The notes under the pieces were generated by a model. The model was not told where the DNA came from, did no database searches, and was given only the letters and a program-made list of their open reading frames with translations. Of a stretch of 64,000 bases of DNA, positions 53,874 through 64,000 are shown piece after piece. Within the stretch, counting starts at the first letter, position 1; each line of letters starts with the position of its first letter. Position numbers and translations under genes: made by a program. Origin of the DNA: Octopus vulgaris (taxonomy: Eukaryota). The DNA lies in the NCBI GenBank assembly GCA_951406725.2, contig OX597816.1:46314001-46378000 (forward strand), read 5' to 3'.

Positions 53874-54025
53874 CTCTAAGTCTCAAATATCTTCATGCCG
53901 TAAATTTGCTCGCGTTTTGCCTGTTTGGTTGTGTGTAGGCGGGAGAATTACTTCTGTACCTACAGCAAATGCCTCACAAACTATAGAGCTGTAAAAAAAG
54001 ACCTCTTTTCAAATGCACACACCAC

Positions 54026-54061
<36 letters not shown>

Positions 54062-54302
54062 TTGTGAAGTGAGTGTATGCATGTACGCATACATACATAC
54101 ATACATACATACATACATACATACATACATACATACATACATACACACATAAATACACATACACACACACACACAAAGTAGGTGTACCAACATGGCTGCA
54201 GTCCAGTGACTGAAACAAGTAAATGAATAGAAGTGTGTGTGTGTGTGTGCATGTATGTTGCGATGGAGGCAACACAGGCGAAGTATATATATATATATAT
54301 AT

Positions 54303-54599
54303 TACGGAGATGTACTCGCATAGCAAGTGATTTAATCTGAGATCGTGTGCTGGAACGAAAACAATTGCAGCGTGGAAGGTGTTTATAAGCCATTTAAGAA
54401 ACACACAAAAGCCGTTCGATTCACTTCAACATTTAAGTCTAATTTGTCAAAATATTTTCGTCGTTAAAATCCGCGACCTGTTCACTGACAAAAATCCGTG
54501 CTGCATCACGGATTTTTGTCAGTGAACAGGTCGCGGATTTTAACGACGAAAATATTTTGACAAATTAAACTTAAATGTTGAAGTGAATCGAACGGCTTT

Positions 54600-54606
<7 letters not shown>
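54303..54606. mobile_element. Fold-back non-autonomous element (Penelope-like pLTR architecture) with 100-bp inverted arms
   Basis: 54401-54500 and 54507-54606 are reverse complements with one mismatch. A second, single-arm copy at 57726-57913 has the same terminus (tacggagatgtac). Confidence 0.8.
54515..54564 (+). ncRNA. Putative minimal type I hammerhead ribozyme with G3-C8 covariant core
   Basis: TTTGTCA GTGAACA G GTCG cggattttaa CGAC GAA AATATT T TGACAAA; mirrored at 54443-54492(-). Confidence 0.6.
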
Positions 54607-54645
<39 letters not shown>

Positions 54646-54823
54646 TATACTACATACATATATATACTACATACATACGTACATGCAGATAGATAGATAG
54701 ATAGATAGATGGATAGATAAATAGATAGATGGATAGATAGATAGATAGATTGATAAATAGAAAGATAAATGGATAGATAGATGGATGGATAGATAGATAG
54801 ATAAATGGATAGATAGATAAATG

Positions 54824-54856
<33 letters not shown>

Positions 54857-57136
54857 TTAATTGTGTGTGAGGCTGGCAAGGTTGTTGCTTAGCTGAACAT
54901 CTTGAACATCTATTTATAAAAAGTAATTTGCAAGTATGACGTAAGCCTAGTCTGACTTTCTTGATACAGGTGTTTTAGTTTTTTAGCATTTCGTGCATTT
55001 TTTCGATTCAGCAAGAAAGTAAATGATGAACTAAAGTTTCAGTGACATTGCCAGCAATTACAGCAGCAGGAATACAGTAAAAAAAAGCAATGAAGGTACT
55101 GTTATGTGTTTGCTCGACGTGCTAGTTATAGCAGCTAAATCTTACTCTGCTGTCTTGAAGGGAGAAAGACACTTTAGATTAGTGGTTTTCAACCATTTTT
55201 TTTTTTTGCCTATCGCCCCACTTTGAAGGAGTGAAAAAGCCGATAAACAGCGTTTGAGTATAAGTGTGTGTAAAAGAGAAGTACGTTTGCGTGCGTGTGT
55301 GTGTGTGTGTCTCGTTATTCTAACAGGGAAATCAGATCCGATACTATTTTCAAATTCATTTTCAATTGTTTCTCCGTAATATGGGGGATCAATTAACACC
55401 GGCAGTAAGAACAGACATTAACTGTATGTTCTTCAGAAAATCATGAGCAGGTTGATCTGTGTTTATTCGAAAATTTTAATGAACTATGCAACTGCTATTA
55501 TCTAAGATATATATTTTGCAGATTTTGGATTCGGCTTAACCATCTTTTTCAGGCGCTATTTCGTTTGACTATGGAAGACGCAAAAGCGGGTGGCCACATA
55601 GTTTTTGTGTTTACGGCTCGCTAATTGGCAGACGCATTTTAATTTTCAGCTGCAAACATATAAGCGAAGTGGTTGCTCGCATTTGCGCCTTCCAAGGGCA
55701 TACTGAAACCAAATGGCAGTCGCAAAAAAAAAAAAAACCCTACACGCGACTTCAAAGGGTTAAGTCATCTCTTTGATGACACAACATAATCTATAACGTG
55801 AGATGAGAACTACCGACCTTTCATCACGATTTCAAGTATCAGTCACTTTATTTACTTTAACCTCTTATCAAACAAAGGGTTCCAAAATTGCTAAGTAGAT
55901 TTGGGAAACTGCTGACTCCCTTTTTATTGTGACATCTGAAGCAGTTTTATGTGTGCGCGCGCGCGTGTCTGTGTGTGCGCGTCTGTGTGTGTGTGTTTGT
56001 GTGTGCAAAACCCTTCTCTTCTATATATTTGTTTTATTTTTTTTATTGAAAATAGGATCTTGACGAGCTTATAATTCATTCGTAACCAAGAAGCCAAGGA
56101 ATGTGCCTTTAAAACAAACAAAAGTAATTTTATATCAGCTATAATGTCTTTACAATAATAATTAATACTGAACAAGAAAATGACATAAGCTATTTCTGTC
56201 TGTTTATTTAACAACGGCAGAAGATTAAACAGATCGTATAACAATAAGATAAGACATCTCTGAAAACTCACAAATTACGCCATGCTACACAGAAGCGGGT
56301 GAAATCTTTTCGTAGGCTAAGGGAACGGTTTTTAAAAGTTCTGTATGTAATTTCAATTATTAATGATTCATTTTCATCACGTCAGTGTAACGTGTGTGCA
56401 TTATTTTTAAACATTCTGCTTATGATGAATTATATTATCATGTAAAATGTTAGTCATGACCTTAAATAATAACCATTTTAACGAAGGAACCGCTTACCTG
56501 ATCGCTGGATTTGCTAGAAATAAAAAAAAATAACAACCGAATCTCCATCAGATCACAGCCGACTATTATAAACGTTTCATAATGTAGTTCTAGGAACATT
56601 ATTTCTGAAAAAAATATAATACATGAGATGGTCATATTTAGAACGTCTTTCATTATATGTCTGCTCGACTGAGATTATTTAACCTCCTCATTAAGAGTAA
56701 GCTGCAGTTGTCGCTAATTGTTTACTTATCTGTTCTCCAAGCAAAAATAGTTTCAATAAGTCAAGAATTCATTTGTATGGTATTTAGTAGACTTTTCCTC
56801 GTCTTTGTTGTCCAGATTCATTCACTCACCATTCTGAGTTATTTTTCTGAGGTTCATTTTTGTTTTATCTATATTATGCAAATTATTCTAAAACTTAAAT
56901 GTTTTCTACTCATATTGCATATGTCTATGACTAAAACCATATATCTGGCTAGAATCAAAGTAGTTACGGGTGACTTAAACAACTGGTATTGGTTTGCATA
57001 AGTCCTTATAACTTAGTGATTCGGCAAAGAGAAACCAGTAGACTTCTTAAGTCGACTGAAGAAACAAAATTAGTACTGGTGTCAGTTTGATCGATTAAGC
57101 CCTTCGAGGCAGTGTCCTCTTAAGGTCGCATGCCTA

Positions 57137-57450
57137 TGGAGCATTCCGTCGGTTACGACGACGAGGATCCCAGCTGATACGATTAACGGAACAGCCTGCT
57201 CGTGAAATTAACGTGCAATCCACAGACACGCGTACCCCTAACGTAGTTCTCAGGGAGATTCAGCGTGACACAGAGTGTGACAAGGGCGGCCCTTTGAAAT
57301 ACAGGTACAACACATTTTTGCCAGCTGAGTGGACTGGAGCAACGTGAACTAAAGTGTCTCGCTCAAGGACACAACACGTCGCCGGGAATCGAACTCACGA
57401 CCTTACAATCGTGAGCCGAATGCCACAACCACTAAGCCACGCGCTTTCAC
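57137..57450 (-). mobile_element. SINE head family D (tail type 4)
   Basis: Homologous to 58484-58803; tail shared with 63433-63802. Confidence 0.85.
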
Positions 57451-57725
57451 CGCAGGCCTATGACTGAAGCTAGAACCTGAATAAAAGAGAATATTTGTTG
57501 TCAAGTCAACAAGCGTGAGACGGATTATTCGTCTGGCCCCCAAGTCAGCGTGCGCGATTTCATGACTGAGTCTGATAGCTATTCCACATCTTCCTTCAAC
57601 GAACGAACTTTGTAACAGATCTGCCACCAGCCGATAGTTATTCCTGCGTTTCTAGTTCTACAGATATGTGTTTGTCATTCTTTATCTAAATATTTTCTTT
57701 CAAAGAATCTATCTTTTTTTTTTTT

Positions 57726-57913
57726 TACGGAGATGTACTTGCATAGCAAGTGACCTGATCTGAGATCGTGTGCTGGAACGAAAACAATTGCAGCGTGGAA
57801 GGTGTTTATAAACCATTTAAGAAACACACAAAACTCGTTAGATACACTTCAACATTTAAATTTAATTTGTCAAAATATTTTCGTCGCTTTAAAACCACGA
57901 CCTGTTCACTGAC
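57726..57913 (-). mobile_element. Second copy of the G3-C8 hammerhead element (single arm)
   Basis: Minus strand 57866-57913 reads GTCA GTGAACA G GTCGT ggttttaaa GCGAC GAA AATATT T TGAC. Confidence 0.75.
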
Positions 57914-58010
57914 CGTGCTTTATTTTTTGTTTTTTTTAGTGTTAGTCTATTTAACAAGCTATGCATTTACAAACACATCTGTACTTATACACTGGTATTA
58001 TACATATCAT

Positions 58011-58242
58011 AAGGCGGCGAGCTGGCAGAAACGTTAGCACGCCGGGCGAGATGCTTAGCGGTATTTCGTCTGCGTTACGTTGTGAGTTCAAATTCCGCCG
58101 AGGTCGACTTTGCCTTTCATCCTTTCGGGGTCGATAAATTAAGTACCAGTTACGCACTGGGGTCGATGTAATCGACTTAATACCTATGTCTGTCCTTGTT
58201 TGTCCCCTCTGTGTTTAGCCCCTTGTGGGTAATAAAGAAATA
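58011..58242 (+). mobile_element. SINE family A, full length
   Basis: TSD ggtattatWcatatca on both flanks. Confidence 0.9.
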
Positions 58243-58483
58243 GGTATTATTCATATCACTAACTGGAACGGTCAATTTGAAATACGATTCCTCCATCAGT
58301 CGGTTATAAGATAATATTCTGCATCCGAAGTTGTGCCGAGCACTTGTGAAAATTACTCACTCATTTCCTTCTACTTGACCCGAAGCGAGGATGGATGCAG
58401 GAGATTGGATTAGAACTTAGCATAACCAGAGTCATGGTGACTCGACTTTTTAGAATGCTTTTTTTTTTTTTTTTAAAAAAAAG

Positions 58484-58803
58484 ACTCCGCCGGTTACGAC
58501 GACGAGGGTCCCAGCTGATACGATCAACGGAACAGCTTGCTCGTGAAATTAACGTGCAAATGGCTGAGCATTCCACAGACACGTGTACCCTTAACGTAGT
58601 TCTCGGGGATAATCAGCGTGACACAGAGAGTGACAAGGCTGACCCTTTGAAATACAAGTACAACTCATTTTTGCCAGCTGAGTGGACTGGAGCAACGTGA
58701 AATAAAGTGTCTTGCTCAAGGACACAACGCGTCGCCGGGAATCGAACTCACAACCTTACGATCATGAGCCGAATGCCCTAACCACTAAGCCACGCGCCCT
58801 CAC
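58484..58803 (-). mobile_element. SINE head family D (tail type 4)
   Basis: TGGCTTAGTGGTTAGGGC head and GAGTTCGATTCC box. Confidence 0.85.
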
Positions 58804-59205
58804 TTAGAATGCTTAAAGGACACTTATATACATGCACGCAGAGAGAGAGAAAGAGAATCAAAAGCAAAGTCATTTTTCACTTTGAATTACTGTTTCAAAA
58901 ACTTAAGCAGTTCATGAAAATAAGCCAAGTGCTGATAAGTCCTCGACTCGGTTTCGTTCTCTGTCGTATCCATTTTCTTCTCAAAACAGTCAGCATAGCA
59001 TCATCCCATTCGAAATCCGAAATTTTGTGTCTTCGTGGGAAAAGAATAATTGAAGAAAATTATAAAATGTTTGAAAATTAAAAGCAAAAGCATTTCCGTT
59101 GGAGTATATCTAATGAATATTGTGTATTGATTGGATGCATGCGGCTTTGTATTAATACGAGAAAACACTGAGTTGTTGCGACGTTCTTATGTTATATGCA
59201 TGCTG

Positions 59206-59677
59206 TTTGTTCCTTCTCAAGCCATGCCTGGCTCATTATGGGCTGGTTTCCCCGGTTTCCTTGGCATATAGGTTCCCCACCTGGACGGGACGCCGGTCCG
59301 TCGCATTTGAGCTGCAAGATGCAGGGGGAAAAGAGTGACCGAAAGTTGTGGCGAAAGAGTCAGCAGAAGTTCGCCATTACCTTCTGCCGGAGCCGCGTGG
59401 AGCTTATAGGTGTTTCGCTCATAAACATACACATCACCCGGTCTGAGATTCGAACCCGCGATCCTTTTCTGCCGGAGCCGCGTGGAGCTTAGGTGTTTCG
59501 CTCATAAACATACACATCACCTGGTCTGAGATTCGAACCCGCGATCCTTTTCTGCCAGAGCCGCGTGGAGCTTAGGTGTTTCGCTCATAAACATACACAT
59601 CGCCCGGTCTGAGATTCGAAACCGCGATCCTTCGACCGCGAGTCCGCTGCTCTAACCACTAGGCCATGTGCCTCTAC
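59206..59677 (-). mobile_element. SINE head family C (tail type 1 variant) with an internal 83-85-bp triplication
   Basis: Units start at 59382, 59467 and 59550. Confidence 0.85.
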
Positions 59678-61269
59678 ATTATATGTGCACGTAATATCAG
59701 CTAACATAAGCGAAATAGCCTCAACCAAGAATTGAAACTAGGTTCTAGATTTGACCTTGTACTCTACTGCGATTAAAATGTCCAGAAGAGAATTTGTAAA
59801 AAAAGTAATTCCAAAGTGGAAGACATATAAGCCATTCAAAAACACACAATAACGATTAACTTTCATTTCAACAGTTTCTGAATGGCTAATATGTGTCTTC
59901 CACGCGGTCGTTGCTTTAGTTTTTTCTTTTGTCGCTGGTTCATTATATGCATGGAGCTGCGTGTGAATGATATAACAGCACCAAGCAAACATTTAGGAGT
60001 AACTTTTATTTCATTGCACAAGTATTATTTAAGTTGGTCATAAATTATAAGTTTCAGTATTAGATCAACACAATTGAAAAAAAATAATCTACTACTTATG
60101 AATGCTATAATTAGTTGATTACAGAAGCTATACTGAAGCTTGACAAGACAAGAGAAAATATACACAGCAGATTCATTTTGGCCAGCTAAATCGGCATAGC
60201 CAAGCTGAGCAGACAATCGTGGGAACGACTTTTACGAAGGTGAGAGAGCGTGTGCAGCAGGTTCTCAAGTTAACATGCACTCTGGATATTGGCGCTAAAA
60301 ATTAGCCTTTATATAATCCTTGAAGGGAAAAGCTCCAGAAGGATCTAGATTGATCTATCATGTGAAATCTGGCTGTTGATTGGCCAAATAACTCGGCCTT
60401 TCACGTGAACAAGCCGTTGTTATGTCATGACTTTGGTTTCGTAATTCGACGACTCGGTTTCGAGTCTCGCTACACTTTCAATATACAATCTCAGATCCGA
60501 TCAACTGCTGGACAAGTACATCTCCTAAATTTGATAAAACGTTATAACTCCATCAGCAAAACACCCTCATTCTGCTTCGTTTTTTTTTTTCTGTTTTGGA
60601 TCTATAATTATATCTGATTATTTTTTGTGAGTACCTATCAGTCGCATAGACTGCACATGTAATTCAAAGGTGTAACCGTGTCACACTGATCCAGTTAACA
60701 GGACGCATGCCTTTGGAATACTCAGCCACTTAAATGATAATTCAATGAGAAGATATCTAATAACAGCAATCAATTGACTACTTATCGTCGAAACCGACGG
60801 AGATCCAACTGAGAGATTGGGAGGGAAGAGACTGAGAAGATAGAGAGAGAGATACAGACATGCGGGAAATAATAAAACTGCATGACAAAATGAAAAAGTT
60901 TTTTGGCAAAGTAATAATAAAGGTGAATTTTAGCTTCTTTTACGAAAATGAAGTAAGTTTTGCTCTATCACATCTAGATTCTGATCTACAAGCTACTCCC
61001 TATATACCAAATTTACAGAAATGTAATGTAGCACACGGGACATCAAGTGTTCCCAATTGTCTTTTTGAGAATGCTTTTAATTGTTCTTTTTGTGACAGTC
61101 TTTAATGAGAGAGCCGTAAAAGTAGGATATAATACATATTAGATCATCCCTATTTTTAGGACACTTTGAATTAAATGCGTATTTCTGATGTCATAGTGAC
61201 TTGTATCAAATTGGTAATTGCTCTCTCTCCACTGTGGACTGCGATTTTTTATTCCTCCACTTTCGTTTG

Positions 61270-62010
61270 CTTCAAGTGTGTGTCTCAATGACCTAGACCA
61301 CTTTTGCTACATCAGACCACTTTTGCTACAACTGTGGCATTCAAGGACTGTAGGAGAAGCATCATGTCACTCATACAAGCAAGAGACAAGATTTACTTCA
61401 AAATTAAACTAGGTGACCAAGATAGATGTTTTGCTCTACATATTGTAGGCAAGGGTTGTAGCGATCGGCTTTCCTTGTAGTCCAGTGGCAAGCTGAAGCG
61501 AATGACATTTGCCACTCCAATGGCATGATGAGAACAAAGCAACCATTCTACTGATTACCACTTTTGCATTTCTAATGTTGACGGGTTCAATAAGAAAACT
61601 TTCCCAAGACCACAGTCATATGAAGATGATATTCCTCCTGTACCTAACAAACAATAATTGAGTGAGTCAGATTATGATTCCAATGACAAAACTGAATGTG
61701 AAAATGACAAGGATTTTTAAATTCCTCATTCAAGCCCTAAATTAGATCAAGAAGAACCGGATCATTTTGTTCAAAAGTTGGGTCTTTCCAAGAATGATGT
61801 TTATTTGGATGGGAAAATTTGGTATCTTAGGCCAAGGAACTAAAACAACAGCGTAGAGGCATCGGTGGTTATTCACTGACGGTAGTGTTTCCAGCTTAAA
61901 GGAAGTCCTTTGGCGTGTTGGGAATGGGTAACCAGGGATTCCAATGGGTTAATCGAAGAAGACAAAAGTCATGTGATACTATCAAGAGGTTAATTTTCTT
62001 GATCGGGTAT
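61270..62010 (+). pseudogene. Decayed DNA-transposase-like gene of a widespread invertebrate family
   Basis: CLNDLDHFCYI(CG), LGDQDRCFALHIV..C..L..*..G..MTFATPMA**EQSNHSTDYHFC..GFNKK, WLFTDGSVSSLKEVL..GN..PGIPMG. Matches a consensus I recall (GDQDK.WAPH, PM.WREP.NH..DCYFC, WRLFIDSS..SLK.VLL..GN); superfamily not verified. Confidence 0.65.
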
Positions 62011-62284
62011 GGTTTCTAGTGGAAAGCTGGAAGGGACTTGAAGATCATAGGTTTTATAACTGGAATGTAAAAGGGCTACACGAAGTACTTGAGACGGCTG
62101 ACATCTCTCAGTCACATTGTCTTATTTATCCCCTCTTTACAGGACTAACGCATTCTTCACGTTAAATACACGCACACGCAAAAATACGCGCGCGCCCGTA
62201 CACACTACGGGCGCGCGCGCATACACATGCTGGTTCCCATGTCTAAAGAGCTGTCAGTTATTTCCAATTGCAATAGTTGGTATA

Positions 62285-62476
62285 CTCTTTTACTTGTTTC
62301 AGTCATTTGACTGTGGCTATGCTGGAGCACCGCCTTTACTCGAGCAAATCGAACCCAGGACTTATTCTTTGTAAGCCTAGTACTTATTCTATCGGTGACT
62401 TTTGCCGAACCGATAAGTTACAGGGACGTAAACACACCAGTATCGGTTGTCAAGCGATGTTGGGGGGACAAACACA

Positions 62477-62538
<62 letters not shown>

Positions 62539-62700
62539 CATATATACGACGGGCTTCTTTCAGTTTCCGCCTACCAAATCCACTCACAAGGCTTTGGTCG
62601 GCCCGAGGCTATAGTAGAAGACACTTGCCCAAGGTGCCACGCAGTGGGACTGGACCCGGATCCATGTGGTTGGTAAGCAAGCTACTTACCACATAGCCAC
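62285..62700 (-). mobile_element. SINE family B, near full length
   Basis: Homologous to family B. Confidence 0.9.
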
Positions 62701-62805
62701 ATGGCATAACCAGTAATATGTAGTCCGACGTTATATAAAAATGTAATCGTTCTGTTACTCATTTTGCTTGTGCTTTGCATTTTTTAAATTATAGATGTCA
62801 CACTA

Positions 62806-63220
62806 AGGATGGTAACTTGGCAGAATCGATAGAACGTCGAAAGAAATTCATAGTGGTACTTCTTCCGGTTCCTTCCGATCTGAGTTCAAATCTCGTCGAG
62901 CTCAACTTTGCTGTTCATCCTTTTCAGCTCATTAAAATATAGTGCTTGTCAAATACTTGTGTTGGTGGTATCGCACTCACCCTCTCCGTTTAGAAATTGC
63001 TGGCCTAGTGCCTAAAATTTTATTTTCTAATTTTGGCGCAAGGCCGGCAATTTTGAGGGGTGGGAAATCAATTACATCGACTCCGGTACATGAATACTAC
63101 TTGTTTTGTCGATCACGAAAGGAAGAGGCAAAGTTAATCTCAACTTAGAACTTTAAAAAAGCGGAATAAATGCCGCAATGCATTTTGTCCGAGTCCTGCG
63201 CTAACGATTCTGCCAGCTCC
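62806..63220. mobile_element. Two diverged SINE A copies, tail-to-tail
   Basis: 62806-63022(+) and 63025-63220(-). Confidence 0.65.
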
Positions 63221-63432
63221 CCTTGTGCCTCAAATTAGAAACCATTATTATAAGTCAGCTAGTTAACCAATTAACTAATCAAAACATCGATTGCTGGATT
63301 AAACTACCTATTAACCAATCAATCAGTCGACTTGTCGGAGTCTTTTTGTCGCCATTCGTGACGTCATTAATGAGCTGCTCTCGTTACTCCAAGACTGTCA
63401 TGTTGAAACCAAGCTAAAGTTGAAATGAGGAA

Positions 63433-63802
63433 TGGGAAGCACTCCGTCGGTTACGGTTGATCCGAATCAACGGAACAGCCTGCTCGTGAAATTAACGTGT
63501 AAGTGGCTGAGCACTCCACAGACACGTGCACCCTTAACGTAGTTCTCGGGGATATTCAGCGTGACACAGAGAGTGACAAGGCCGGCCCTTTGAAATACAG
63601 GTACAACAGAAACAGGAAGTAAGAGTGAGAGAAAGTTGTGGTGAAAGAGTACAGCAGGGATCACCACCATCCCCTGCCGGAGCCTCGTGGAGCTTTAGGT
63701 GTTTTCGCTCAATAAACACTCACAACGCCCGGTCTGGGAATCGAAACCGCGATCCTATGACCGCGAGTCCACTGCCCTAACCACTGAGCCATTGCGCCTC
63801 CA
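63433..63802 (-). mobile_element. SINE head family C with tail type 4
   Basis: Head as at 702; tail as at 57137 and 58484. Confidence 0.85.
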
Positions 63803-64000
63803 TAGAAGTGAGGAATACATATAATTAGCTCAAGCTTGAAAATCTACAGAGAGAAAAATTTTTTGTGTGAGGGGAAAATGTTTGGGTGATTAAGTGTGAT
63901 AAAAGGAACACATATGTTCTTTTTATTACAAGTTACTTCAGAATTTCTTGGAAGAATATTATCCAAATGCCTTGAATGTCCATTAGTGGGTCCGAAATCA

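Noticed and set aside
60180-60430. ATTGG, CACGTG and TATA-like words suggesting a promoter
   Set aside because: Short motifs expected by chance; no downstream gene identified.

Overview
AT-rich, microsatellite-dense eukaryotic DNA. The SINE families and repeat landscape look like a coleoid cephalopod, most likely Octopus (inferred, not database-checked). I found no intact protein-coding gene, rRNA or true tRNA; almost all listed ORFs are microsatellite or SINE artefacts, and the window is probably intronic or intergenic. It is a mosaic of mobile DNA. (1) Four tRNA-derived SINE head families, about 40 copies or fragments, which swap 3' modules. (2) Decayed non-LTR retrotransposons: Tx1/L1-like, R4/Dong-like RLE elements at (TAA)n and (CATA)n repeats, and RTE. 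(3) Mariner and other transposase relics. (4) Non-autonomous Helitrons and MITEs (Tc1/mariner, hAT, Merlin-like, PIF-like, piggyBac-like). The most interesting signal is a set of fold-back elements carrying outward-facing minimal hammerhead-ribozyme motifs. One family has a compensatory G3-C8 core (GUGAACA instead of CUGANGA) inside a near-perfect 206-bp palindrome at 54401-54606, with a second copy at 57.7-57.9 kb. All ribozyme calls come from manual folding and are untested.
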